64,000 nucleotides of DNA, from contig NC_086097.1 of assembly GCF_963921235.1 (NCBI RefSeq), positions 142,974,001 to 143,038,000 on the forward strand, given 5' to 3'. Below the pieces are notes generated by a model. The model was not told the origin of the DNA. It did no database searches and saw only the letters and a list, made by a program, of their open reading frames with translations. The stretch's first letter is position 1. The number at the start of each line of letters is the position of its first letter. A program made the translations under genes and the position numbers. Below, piece by piece: positions 29,647 through 42,538 of this stretch. Origin of the DNA: Mobula hypostoma. Taxonomy: Eukaryota.

Positions 29647-30831
29647 CTAGCACAAAGACAAGAGGAATCCATTCTTATGCAGTGTTTTGTTCTTCCATAA
29701 TCATGAATCATTTTTCACAATGGAAATAAAAATTTAGCCAAATTCTAATCAGCTTCCCATGTTCAATGCAGTTATAAGGCTTTTTGCCTCATTCCTCTGC
29801 CTCACTTACATAGATTGTCACATCAGCGTCTGTTCTGCAGTTGTAGGCGGACGGACAGTGTATAGGTGAATGGGGGAGTCAGTTAGTTCTTCCAGTGGGT
29901 GTGGCCTGCAATGATCTGGAGATGATTGTCAACTCTAAATGCTGAGTAGGTAATGGAATTAACCATTAAGTGAATAACCTGTGCTTATTGTATCAGATCC
30001 AATAGTCCATTCTCAGGGTTTTAAACTTCCATATCATTTACAGAAAAACTAATTTACTCAGGTAAGAAATGTTTGGATATTTTGGAGGTGACCACTGGTA
30101 GAGGTCTTTGTAACTCTGCCTTTTTGGATTGAGACTGAAGCATGCATTTCAGTGGCCTCCCATTATCTATTCCATTACTCTATTTAATCTGCATCCTGTG
30201 AAATAAAATATAATTTAATTCATTTTGTAAACCTATTATTTATTCCTGTTGCCTATTTTTATGCTTGAGACTGATTTCTAATTTGCTTTTTTAATGAATT
30301 TAATCTGCCGTTGGGCTCAGCATCCACCACGAATGTGACTGGGGCTATGAAATATATGAACTACAAGGCATTCTACAACAGGTCATTAAGCCAACTGTGT
30401 CTTTCTGATTACATTAACTGGTACCAAGAAGAGGACGAATCTGTCACACCACAGCCACAAAGGGATTCTTCATTCACACACTGTCTTACCTTCAACACAT
30501 TTGTTATTCATTCACCGCAGAGTCAAAATCTTTATGTTAGCCATTTATCACTAATGTACACACATCACCGCAATATTTGTCATTCAAAGAGAAGCCCTGT
30601 GACCATTCAATTGGGCCATCAATTGATGTACAATCTTTACTATAAACACTACACCTAATAGCAAGAGTCAGAAACTTCTCTTGGCAGAAACACAGAACAA
30701 AAACTTGGCTGCAAAAAAGAACAGTCAAGTCCTTTAAAACTAAAGATGAACTGTTTAATTGACTTATGTTGTTAAGTCTGGTCATAATGGTAGAAATATT
30801 GGAATTACTACGTGAAAGACCAGAGCATATA

Positions 30832-31384
30832 CACTCAGTGGTCACTTTATAGATACCTCCAACACCTAATTAGTGCATGTTCAAGGTCTTCTACTGCTAT
30901 AGCCCATCCGCTTCAAGGTTCAATGTGTTACGTGTTCAGAGATGCTCTTCTGCACACCACTGTTGTCACATTGTTATTTGAGTTACTGTTGCCTTCCTGT
31001 CATCTTAAACCAGTCTGGTCACTCTCCTCTGACCTCTCTCATTAACAAGGTGTCTTCGCCCACTGAACTGCAGCTCACTGGATGTATTTTTTGTTTTTCA
31101 TACCATCGTCTGTGAACTCTAGGGACTGTTGTGCATGAAAGTCCCAAGAGATCAGCAATTTCTGAGATACTCAAACCACCCCGTCTGGCACCAACAATCA
31201 TTCCACGATCAAAGTCGCTTAGATCAGATTTCTTCCCCATTTTGCTGTTTGGTCTGAACAACAACTGAACCGTTTGACCATACCTGCATGCTTTTAGGCA
31301 ATGAAATGCTGCTACGTGATGAACTGGTCAGATTTCATTAACCAGTCGATGTACGGGTGTACTTAATAAAGTGGTCATTGAGGG
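30832..31384 (-). mobile_element. Tc1/mariner-derived non-autonomous element (copy 2)
   Basis: TIRs cactcagtggtcacttta / taaagtggtcattgag; MGKKSDLSDFDRGMIVGARRGGLSISEIADLLG. Confidence 0.85.
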
Positions 31385-31599
31385 CAAGTTTGCCTAGTGC
31401 CATCCCAGTGATATTGAGAACGATGCTCATGATCTTAAAGAATCTCTAAAGCCCAAGAAATAACATGAGGAATCCCACCTTGGCCATGACTATTTTGAGG
31501 TCCAAAGGCACCTGTTCCTCCTAAACATGCTAAACTTACCATGTTCTGTTATAAAATAATGTATTTCCTGGAAGTACAATTAATTTTATTAAAATTCAT

Positions 31600-32410
31600 T
31601 TTGAGCAATGCCAACAACATTTAATGTCCTGTTCCAATTGCCTTCCTAATTGTTGCAATCCTTCTGGTGATGGGATGCTCACAGTGCTGCTGGGCAGAAC
31701 TTCTAGAGTTTAGACCCAGCGACCATGAAGGACCAGTGATATACTTTTGAATTAGCATGGTGTGTGGCATGGAAGGAAACTTGCTGGTGGTGGTACTCCC
31801 ATGGATGTACTTCCCTCATCTTTCTTTGGGAGGATTTATCAAGGGAGTCTGAGTGAGCAAATTCAGTTCACTTTGCAGCCATTGGGTACTAGTGGTATAT
31901 GAAGCGAATGTTCAGGCTGGTGGCTGGAATGTTTTGCCCTCTGTGGTCTTTAGCTCCGTTAGAGTTGTTGGAGCTGCACTTACCCTAGCAAGGCAAAAAT
32001 GGTCTATGTCGTCTTGGGTGGCAGGAAACGAGTCACTCACCGACCTGCTTCAAGCTACCTAAAAACCAAATGTTTTGTGCCTGGTCCAACTGAGTTTCTG
32101 GTCAGTAGTGACTCCCAGGAAATGGATGGTGGAAGACCTGGTGATGGTAATGCCACTGAATATCAAGGGTAGGTGTTTAGACGCTCTCTTTTGGGGGAGA
32201 TGGTCATTATCTGCCACTTTTGTGGTACAGAAGTCATTTGCTATTTACCAGTCTGTGCCTGTTGTCTAGATCAAGCTGTACGCAGTCATGGATTGCTTTA
32301 TTTGCTGAAGATTGCGAATAGAAATGAACCCTGCACAACCATCAGCAAGCATTCCCACTTCTGACGTGATGATAAAAGGGAAGACGAAGGAGCTGATGAT
32401 AGTTGGGGAT
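31600..32410 (-). mobile_element. Degraded LINE fragment, same family as 33790-35290
   Basis: Reverse-complement similarity to 34300-35250 seen by eye. Confidence 0.55.
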
Positions 32411-32642
32411 CTGAAAGAATCAATAATATTCATTTAGGAAATTGGTGAGGTAGAGTCCATGATGGAATAAAATTCATATAACTGTGGAAGGAGATGAAAT
32501 AGGCAGAGACTGCATTAAAATAGAGCAAAAGAATCTGTGACAGGAGATTATATAATGAGTGGAGCCCTCAACAGTGTCAATAGGTTACAAAGGTGCTTAA
32601 TGGGTCAACTTGTCTTCAGCGTTCACGAGCTGCAATAGTTAC

Positions 32643-32792
32643 CTGGAACTTGGAACGACTCTCCCCACGCTCATGCTCCCGACGCAGAGCACTGCTCATT
32701 AGTGAGTCGTAACAGGAGTTCCAGAAGCTGGACATCTGTTTGTGACTTGTGTCGAATGTGTCCGATTCATATTGAGCCATGGCTTTTAAAAC
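32643..32792 (-). CDS. NBEAL2: NBEAL2 exon (VLKAMAQYE...SRSKFQ), 150 nt
   Basis: ctttgcag acceptor, CAG|gtaact donor. Confidence 0.92.
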
Positions 32793-33789
32793 CTGCAAAG
32801 ACATACGTGGTTATGCAAGCAATCACACCAAATAAAACCCATTGATACAAATAATAGATAGGAAGATCACAGCCAGGTGAGGTGAAGGAGTGCAGAGTAA
32901 GGTAGGCTCTAAAGGTAAGACTGGATATAATGTGATGGGAGAAGTATTCTGGGTCAGAATGGAACATACTAGAAGAAACAGAAGTAGAGGCAAGACTGTA
33001 TCCTACACAAGGTATGGAGAACAAAATAAAGGCAGAAGTTGCAGGTATGGAGCATTGCAATTGTTACTGGAGTTGAATTTCAGAAAGACAAAATTAAATC
33101 TTACTACTGCTTTTGGGAATTCAAATTCACGTGCTAAATTAAATTTTTAATAATAAAGCTCATAGCGGTAATGGTAAGTATGAAATCAGCAGATTGTTGT
33201 AAAGTCCTATCTAGTTCACAGTGTTTTTCAGCAGAAAAAAAAAATCTACCATCGTTAGGGTATGACTTCTTTGACTCCAGATCTACCAATGTGGTCAATT
33301 TTGAAATGGCTGCAAACCTTTCAAATTAACGAGTGTGTAGGCATGGAAAATACAATGCTGGTTTTGCTAGTGATATTGTCATTCATATACAAAACAACAT
33401 GGTCTTTCCAGCATGTACATCTACCCAAAAAGGCTTTAGCTGTCTTCCCACTTCAACTCCCTCTTAGTCTCCATGTCTCTTGATTCCTTGTTTTGGACTT
33501 GTTCATCATTGGATGAAGACCTTGCTCCATCAAGCCTGTATAGCAGGTACTAAGCAATGGCCATCCCCAGAGTGAAAAAATACACATAAAGGCAAGTCCC
33601 CTTCTCCAAGCTGGAGGAGAAAAAAGACATTTTCAACTCTAAGCTATTGTCTGGGAAGAAGATCTTCAACTTCCCTTAAAAGTCACAGTTAGTCTTTTCC
33701 CTCCAGTTTTTTAAAAATAAACAATCAATATATTATCTTTGCAAATTATCATTTTTAAAAAATTGCTGTTGCTTATCTACCATCATATA

Positions 33790-35290
33790 TTTTAATATAC
33801 AAGCTGTTCCTGTATAGCTACAACAGTGGCATCTACCTGACAATGCTGGGAACTGCTCAGGTATGTCCTGTCCACAAGAAACAGGACAACTCCAATCCAG
33901 CTAACTACCACCTCATTATAGTTTGCTTTCGAACATCAGCAAAGTGATGAAAGAGATAGGTGATAGTGCCCACAAGCAGCACTGGTTTAGGAAAACTCTG
34001 TTCTCAAAAGCTCAGGACAGGTTTTGCCAAAGTCACTCAGCTTCTAAACTTATTAAAGCAGAGGTCCAGGCTTGGACAAAAGAACTGAAATCCTCAGGTA
34101 AAGTGAAAATAGGTTTATCAAAGCAACATTTGATTGAATATGACATCAATGAGCCCTGGCCAAATTGGAGTCAATGAGAATTAAGGGAAAGGCCTCCACT
34201 AGTTGGAATCACAGTAGGCACAAAGGAAGATTGTTGTAGTGGTTGGAGGTCTATCGTCTCAGTCACTGGATATCTCTTCAGGATAACCTCAGGAAGATGT
34301 CCCAGTCCCAACCATCTTCAGCTGCTTCATCATAAGTAGGGGTGTTCACTGAAGATTGCAGAACGTTCAGCACAATTTGGGATTCCTTAGGTAATGAAGC
34401 AGTTCACATAAAATGCAGCAAACCTGGACGATATCCTGTCTCGGACTGTTAGGTGACAAGTAACATTTGCACCATGCATGTCAGGCAACAATGGTATTCA
34501 ACAAAAGAAGATCCAGACAGCACCCCATGACATTTAATGGTATCACCATCACTGAAACCCCCTTTTCCAATATTCTGGGCATTACCACTGACCAGAAACT
34601 TCACTGGAGTAGCCATGGCAACAAGAGTAGATCAGGGGCTAGGAATCCTGTGGGAAGTAACTCACCTCTCAATTCCCCGAAGCCTGTCCACTACCTACAA
34701 GACTCAAGTGAGGAGTGTGATGGAACACTCTGCCTGCTTGGATGAGTGCAGCTCCACTACACTCAAGAAACTTGACACCATTCAGGATGTAGCGTCCCAC
34801 TTGGTAGGCACCCCACTCATGAACTTCCACTCACTCTATAATCATCACAGCAGCAGCAATTTGTACCATCTTCAGGATGCACTGCAACAACTCACCAAGA
34901 ATCCTTAGGCAGCACCTTCCAAACCTATGACCTCTACTAGTTAAGAAGGACAAAGGTAACAAAAACATGGGAAACTATTATCTAGAAGTTGCCTCTCCAA
35001 GCCACACACCATCCTGACTTGGAAATACATTGTGTAGCACCATGGTCCTGAAAAATGTTGTCTCGGTTTTACTGTGTACTGTACCAGCAGTTATGGTCAA
35101 AATGACAATAAAAAGTGACTTGACTTGACTTGATTGTCATTCCTTCCCTGTCACTGGGTCAAAATCCTGGAACTTCCTCCCTAATAGCATTTTGATTATA
35201 CCTACATATCAGGGACTACAGTGGTTCAGGGCAGCAGCTCTCCCATCACCTTCTCAATTAAATTTTGGCTCAGCCTGCAAAGCCCACATC
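33790..35290 (+). mobile_element. Degraded LINE RT and 3' fragment
   Basis: VCPVHKKQDNSNPANY, LLSNISKVM and YKTQVRSVMEHS remnants. Confidence 0.7.
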
Positions 35291-36221
35291 CCTTGAATGA
35301 AAAAAAACAAAATGATGCAGATGTGAGACTCCTGAAATAAGAACATAAATTGCCGGGAATGTTAACCTAAGAGAATAAACAACAAGCATCACTCTAGGTC
35401 AATGATCTTTCATTAGAACTTTAATGAAAGGTCATTGACACAACATGTGGTCATGTTTTTAAACTAAATTTTGTGTCTATTTTAGCCAAGTCATCTTTCA
35501 TATCCATGTAAATTGTTTCAGTGAAATTCAAGACTATTAATTAATAACATCACCATCCAAATATTATGAACCCTAGAAAATAATTTTATCATAATATTAT
35601 AAATTAACTCAGTTCCAGTGTGTAACGCTAGATACAAGGCAGCCCCTTCCCTGGATAGCTCAACAACGTATCTGAAAAGCTATTATGAATTCATTTACAA
35701 ACATCCTCTAGCCTATTATTGTCAATCTAGTTTATAGTGTCTGCAAGAACATTGGTTACCTCCCTACCCCACCACCACACATTAATGCTTAACTGAGGAT
35801 TTAATATGGGAGATGTATGGGCCACATTGTGCTGAAGAAACTAGGAAAAAGATTAAGAAAGAAGCAGGATATCTGGGTAACAGCAGGATGTAAAAAAGCA
35901 ACAAGGAGAACAGGTTCTGAGGATGTACATGGACTACCTACTTTCACAGTAAGTGAAATGTGAAGAATCAAACAATGCAGTGTACTATATGATGGGATAA
36001 AACACAAAATAAATCATGGCAAACTATTTGATCGACACCAAGAATGGGTATTAAAATTTTGCATGTTCTAGAAGAAAACGATGCCGTCAATATGAGGAAG
36101 CACAGTATTTAAATAGTGAAGCCCAGAAGAGTGAGGATTATGTTAACAGCACTTCCAAATCACCCTTCCGTACATGTCATACTATGATCAAATAGTACAC
36201 AGAGATGCTTAAAATACTCAC

Positions 36222-36524
36222 ATTTCTTTCCATGAATGATTTCCACTCCGAGGTGACACAGAAATGCTGGAAATCCTCGAAGAATGTCGGACTGCCATTG
36301 GTGGGAGGCAGGGACGGCAGCTGATACTGGAGCTCAAGCAGCTGGTAGCATTGGTCCATCAAAGTGCGGGCGATTGGCATCAGGTATGAGAAGATGTCTG
36401 ACTTGTCTTTGATAGATCTGGAGAGAGGCTCATCTAGCTTTCCCAACAAGAAACAGGCCTCTTCCTTCCGTATCGGCATGGTCTGAAGGAGGCTGTGTAG
36501 CTTGACACAGGCCATTGCACACAC
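36222..36524 (-). CDS. NBEAL2: NBEAL2 exon (VCAMACVKLHSLLQ...LPPTNGSPTFFEDFQ...MERN), 303 nt, DUF4800 region
   Basis: ctactcag acceptor, AAT|gtgagt donor; lies in ORF 36177-36566. Confidence 0.93.
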
Positions 36525-36901
36525 CTGAGTAGAGCAGCAGAACACAGGTCTGACTGATGAATTCAAACTGAAAAAAATGTCTAGTCTGCTTATGTACTGT
36601 AGATAATTAATGGGCAGCGATAGAGGCAGGGAGCTGATGACACATTTAAATCCAATAAATGATAACCAGTGGTCCTATTCAATTGCCAAACATTGTGTTG
36701 AATAAAGAATGATCTAGTTCAGCCAAAAAGGGAATTGTCCTTGAGAGTCAGCTTCACTTGATTCAGTATGTACTTGATATCAGGCAAAGCAATAGGAAGA
36801 TCTACCCAGGTTTAGTGAATGCAGTGATGTGTGAACTTAATAAATTTGCAATGTGGAAAAGATTGCCCGAACCTGGCAATGCCTGTGTTTATGCTCTACA
36901 G

Positions 36902-36981
36902 CAGGGGTTCCCAACCTGGGGTCCATGCACCCCTTGGTTAATGGTAGGGAGCCATGGCATAAAGAAGTTCGGGAACCCCTG
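36902..36981. mobile_element. 80 bp hAT (Charlie/MER5-like) MITE
   Basis: TIRs CAGGGGTTCCC / GGGAACCCCTG; imperfect 8 bp TSD ctctacag / ctccatag. Confidence 0.75.
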
Positions 36982-39162
36982 CTCCATAGAACTTTAAAGT
37001 TGCTTCCTTGTACTTCTTTATTCTTCATGTACTTAACTGGGTTTCTCTCAAATGCTTTAATGCAATTTGCCTCAGGTACTCCTGCGGCGAAAGTTCCATA
37101 TTCTAACCATGGACTGGATATGCTGTTGCCTGAATTCCTTATTTATTTATCAGGGACTATCTTTTTATGGCAGCCTCAACTTTGAATATCCAAGTGGAAA
37201 TATCTTCCTATATCTAAGATATAAACACATTCAAAATTTTAAACGACTTTATTTGATTGCCTGTTTTTGTTCCTAGTAAAAAAGTCAAATTGCCCAGCCA
37301 ATTTTCTATTTGTTAGAATCTCTTGGTTTTATTATATTTGCAATAAACCTTTGTATTTCTTTCTCCAGTGCTTTTGAGTAGTCTTTTGTATCATGAGAGA
37401 TCAGAACTCTGCACATTTGTCCAAGTATGATGCAACTAAAGTATCATAAAAGTGAGGCCATAAATTTTGAAACAATCTAAAACAATGGAACAAAGAGCCT
37501 GACAGGCTTGAAAATTTTTTAAGATGGTTGAAGATGGAAAGCTTAATAAAGCATGCTCAATCAAGATTTTAAATAACGACACCAACAACAATGTCAAGGA
37601 CAATGTGTTAAATGTTTGTGGATCACTGCCATCTGTTGTACTGCTTTCATGTCTGGGCACCACACCAGAAACGATAACAAGGCCTTAAAAGGTGCAGAGG
37701 AGATTTATTATAACAATGTTATGGATAGGATGTTTTATTATGAGAAGTGATGACAGAAACTGAAATTGTTCTTGTTACAGCAAAGGCTTGGGGAAGTTTT
37801 AATGAAAATGTTAAATATCATGAGGGTTTTTAATTAGAATGAAAAGGGAGGGGGAACTTCCTGTATTGAACATTGGTTTACCGAGCACGTGTATTTAAGA
37901 TCATCAGATAAACAATCAAAAGTAAGATGTAGTTTCAGACAATGAGGTATGATGTCCTGGAATTCCCCAATTTAATCCCTGTAGTTGATTGAATGGTAAC
38001 TCAAAGGGGAATGAGATTTATTTAAGATGCAAGAAAAATGTTACAGAAAAGAGGAAAATTAACCACAGACCAGCCTTTCAAGGAGTTGCATTATTAAAAA
38101 CAAACAATTTTCCTCAGTTAATTAAAAATAGCTCATTATGAGTCCTGCAATGAAGAGTGATGTTCCCTGCATTTAGAAAAGGTTCAATTTAATGACTTAT
38201 TAAATGGAGATGGCAAATATGTCAGCAGACCGCATGTAAGCAGCTGAGAACAGAAAACCAGTTTTACTGTTTAAAAACATAGGGAAAAGTAGATATTTTG
38301 CAAAGACAGATTAAAAATTCATCAGACTAATCTTCCAGAATCAGACAGTCCCAACGTCATTGACAAAGTGAGACCACATTGAATCGGGAGGCTGTATAAG
38401 TATAACCTCCCGGTTGTATCTGCCATTAAAACTGTCAACAGCAGAAATAAGTTGAACAAACTTGGAATCTAATATATCCAAAAGATCTGCACCCTCTAAA
38501 TTCCTGTGATCACAATTATGTTTGAATTTTGTGTGGCAGGAAGGTGGAGACTGGTTGGAAACCAGAGCCTTGAATTTAAATAAAGCTGATCATAGAGTAT
38601 ATGCACCAGGGATAAACTAGCTAAAGTATAGTGAAAATTGTAGAAAAGTTTTAAAAGTATTTCCCATTCTCTTACAATAGGGAAAGCAACCAATTGACCC
38701 TTCAATATAAACAGAGAACATAGAAAACCTACAGCACAATACAGGCCCTTCGGCCCACAAAGCTGTGCCAAACATGTATTTACTTTAGAAATTACCTAGG
38801 GTTACCCATAGCCCTCTATTTTTCTATGCTCCATGTACCTATCGAGGAATCTCTTAAAAGACTCTATTGTATCCGCTTCCAGCACCGCCCATTCCACGCA
38901 CTCACTACTCTTTGCGTAAAAAAACTTACCCCTGACATCTCCTCCACCTACTTCTAAGCACCTTAAAACTGTTCCCTCTTGTGATAGCCATTTCAGCCCT
39001 GGGAAAAAGCCTTTGACTACACACACGATCAATGCCTCTCATCATCTTATACACCTCTATCAGGTCACCTCTCATCTTCTGTTGCTCCAAGGAGAAAAGG
39101 CTGAGTTCACTCAACCTATTCTCATAAGGCATGCTCCCCAATCTAAGCAACGTTCTTGTAAA

Positions 39163-39293
39163 CAACAGGAATTCTGCAGATGCTGGAAATTCAAGCAACA
39201 CACATCAAAGTTGCTGGTGAACGCAGCAGGCCAAGCAGCATCTATAGGAAGAGGCGCAGTCGACGTTTCAGGCCGAGACCCTTCGTCAGGACT
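39163..39293 (-). mobile_element. Penelope-like terminal-repeat fragment with 13 bp TSD
   Basis: TSD acgttcttgtaaa at 39150-39162 and 39294-39306. Confidence 0.85.
39258..39293 (-). ncRNA. Minimal type I hammerhead ribozyme motif
   Basis: AGUC-CUGACGA-AGG gucucgg CCU-GAAA-C-GUC-GACU: complete core, stems I and II, palindromic ACGU helix III. Confidence 0.8.
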
Positions 39294-41951
39294 ACGTTCT
39301 TGTAAATCTCCTTTCTATAGTTTCCACATCCTTCCTGTAGTGATGTGACCAGAACTGAGCACAGTACTCCAAGTGGGGTCTGACCAGGGTCCTATATAGC
39401 TGTAACATTACCTCTTGGCTCTTAAACTCAATCCCATGGTTGATGAAGGTCAATGCACCATATTTCTTCTTAACCACAGAGTCAACCTGTGCAGCAGCTT
39501 TGAGTGTCCTATGGACTCAGACCCCAACATCCCTCTGATCCTCCACAATCATTAATAATGATCCAAGAATCTTACCATTAATACTACTGTATATTCTGCC
39601 ATCATATTTGACCTATCAAAATGAACCACCTCACACTTATCTGGTTGAACTCCATCTGCTACCTCTCAGCCCAGTTTTACATCCTATCGATGTCCCGCTG
39701 TAACCTCTGACAGCCCTCCACGTTATCCACAACACCTCCAACCTTTATGTCATCAGCAAATTTACTAACCCATCCCTCCACTTCCTCATCCAGGTTGTTT
39801 ATAAAAATCACAAAGAGTAGGGGTCCCAGAACAGATCCCTGAGGCACACCACTGGTCACGGACCTCCATGCAAAACATGACTCGTTTGCAACCACTCTTT
39901 GCCTTCAGTGGGCAAGCCAGTTCTGGATCCACAAAGCAATGTCCCCTTGGATCCCATCCATCCTTACTTTCTCAATAAGCCTTGCATGGGGTACCTTATC
40001 AAATGCCTTGCTGAAATCCATATACACTACATCTACTGCTTTTCCTTCATCAATGTGTTTAGTCACATCCTCAAAAAATTCAATCAAGCTCATAAGGCAT
40101 GACCTGCCTTTGACAAAGCCATGCTGACTATTCCTAATTATAATATGCCTCTCCAAATTTTCATAAATCCTGCCTCTTAAGATCTTAACCATCAACTTAC
40201 CAACCACTGAGGTAAGACTCACTGGTCCATAATTTCCTGGGCTATCTGTACTCCCTTTCTTGAATAAGAGAACAACATCTGCAACCCTCCAGTCCTCCGG
40301 AATCTCTCCTGTCCCCATTGATGATGCAAAGATCATCACCAGAAGCTCAGCAATCTCCTCCCTCACCTCCCACAGTAGCCTGGGGTACATCTCATCCGGT
40401 CCGGAGTGACTTATCCAACTTGTTTCTTTCCAAAAGCTCCAGCACATCCTCTTCCTTAATATCTATAAGCTCAAGCTTTTCAGTCCACTGTAAGTCATCC
40501 CTACAATTGCCAAGATCCTTTTCCATAGTGAATACTGAAGCAAAGTATTCATTAAGTACCTCTGCTATTTCCTCCGGTTCCACACACACTTTTCCACTGT
40601 CGCACCTGATAGGTCATATTCTCTCACGTCTTATTCTCTTGCTCTTCACATACTTGTAGAACACCCTGGGGTCTTCCTTAATGCTGCTCGCCAAGGTCTT
40701 CTCATGCCCCTTTCTGGCTCTCCTAATTTCATTCTTAAGTTCTTCTTGCTAGCCTTATAATCTTCTATCTAGTTTTTTGAACCTTTTGTAAGCTTTTCTT
40801 TTCTTCTTGACTAGATTTACAACAGCCTTGTAAACCACAGTTCCTGTACCCTACCATCCTTTCCCTTAATCATTGGAATGTACCTATGCAGAACGCCACA
40901 CAAATATCCCCAGAACTTTTGCCACATTTCTGCCATACATTTCCCTGAGAACATCTGTTCCTAATTTATGCTTCCAAGTTCCTGCCTGATAGCTTCATAT
41001 TTCACCTTACTCCATTTAAATGCTTTTCTAACTGGTCTGTTGCTATCTCTCTCCAATGCTGTTGTAAAGGAGATAGAATTGTGATCACTATCTCCAAAAT
41101 GCTCTCTCACTGAGAGATCTGACACCTGATCAGGTTCATTTCCCAATACCAGATCAAGTGCAGCCTCTCCTCTTGTAGGCTTATCAACATATCGTGTTAG
41201 GAAACCTTCCTGAACACACTTAACAAACTCCACCCCATCTAAACCCCTCACTCTCGGGAGATGCCAATCAATATTTGGGAAATTAAAATATCTCACCACA
41301 ACAACCCTGCTAATATTACTCCTTTCCAGAATCTGTCTCCCTATCTGCTTCTTGATGTCCCTGTTACTATTGGGTGGTCTGTAAAAAACACCCAGTAGAG
41401 TTATTGACCCCTTCCTGTTCCTAACTTCCACAGAGACTCAGTAGACAACCCCTCCAAGACTTCCTCCTTTTCTGCAGCTGTGACACTATCTCTGATCAGC
41501 AGTGCCACACCCCCACCTCTTTTGCCTCCCTCCCTGTCCTTTCTGAAACATCTAAAGCCTGGCTCTCTAAGTAACCATTCCTGCCCCTGAGCATTTCAAG
41601 TCTCTGTAATGGCCACAACATCACTGCTCCAAGTACTGATCCACGCTCTAAGCTCGTCTGCTTTGTTCATAATACTCCTTGCATTAAAATAGACACATCT
41701 CAAACCATTGATCTGAGCTCATCCCTTCTTTATCACCTGCTTATCCTCCCTCTCGCACTGTCTACAAGCTTTCTCTGTTTGTGAGCCAACTGCCCCTTCC
41801 TCTGTCTCTTCAGTTCAGTTCCCACCCCCCAGCAATTCTAGTTTAAACTCTCCTTACAGGAGGAATTCTGCAGATGCTGGAAATTCAAGCAACACACATC
41901 AAAGTTGCTGGTGAACGCAGCAGGCCAGGCAGCATCTCTAGGAAGAGGTAC

Positions 41952-41987
41952 AGTCGACATTTCAGGCCAAGACCCTTCGTCAGGACT
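41952..41987 (-). ncRNA. Minimal type I hammerhead ribozyme motif (C to U variant in helix III)
   Basis: AGUC-CUGACGA-AGG gucuugg CCU-GAAA-U-GUC-GACU. Confidence 0.7.
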
Positions 41988-42502
41988 ATCTGAAGGAAGA
42001 GCTAGTAAGAGATTTGAAAGTGGGAGGGAGAGGGGGACATCCAAAATGATAGGAGGGGGAGGGATGGAGCCAAGAACTGGACAGTTGATTGGCAAAAGGG
42101 ATACGAGGCTGGAGAAGGGAGAGAATCATGGGACGGGAGGCCCAGGGAGAAAGAAAGGGGCAGGGGAGTGCCAGAGGAAGATGGAGAGCAGGCAAGGAGT
42201 TATTGTTAAGGAGTTACGAGGGGGAGCTAATAATCCGTTATTTATTTATATACACACATTCTTTCTCTCACTCTCCTTTTTCTCCCTCTGTCCCTCTAAC
42301 TATACCCCTTGCCCATCCTCTGGGTTTTTCGCCCCCTCCCCCTTTTCCTTCTCCCTGGGCCTCCTGTCCCATGATCCTCTCATATCCCTTTTGCCAATCA
42401 CCTGTCCAGCTCTTGGCTCCGTCCCTCCCCCTCCTGTCTTCTCCTATCATTTTGGATCTCCCCCTCCCCCTTTCAAATCTCTTACTAGCTCTTCTTTCAG
42501 TT

Positions 42503-42538
42503 AGTCCTGATGAAGGGTCTCGGCCTGAAACGTCGACT
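42503..42538 (+). ncRNA. Minimal type I hammerhead ribozyme motif
   Basis: AGUC-CUGAUGA-AGG gucucgg CCU-GAAA-C-GUC-GACU; predicted cut after C42534. Confidence 0.8.
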
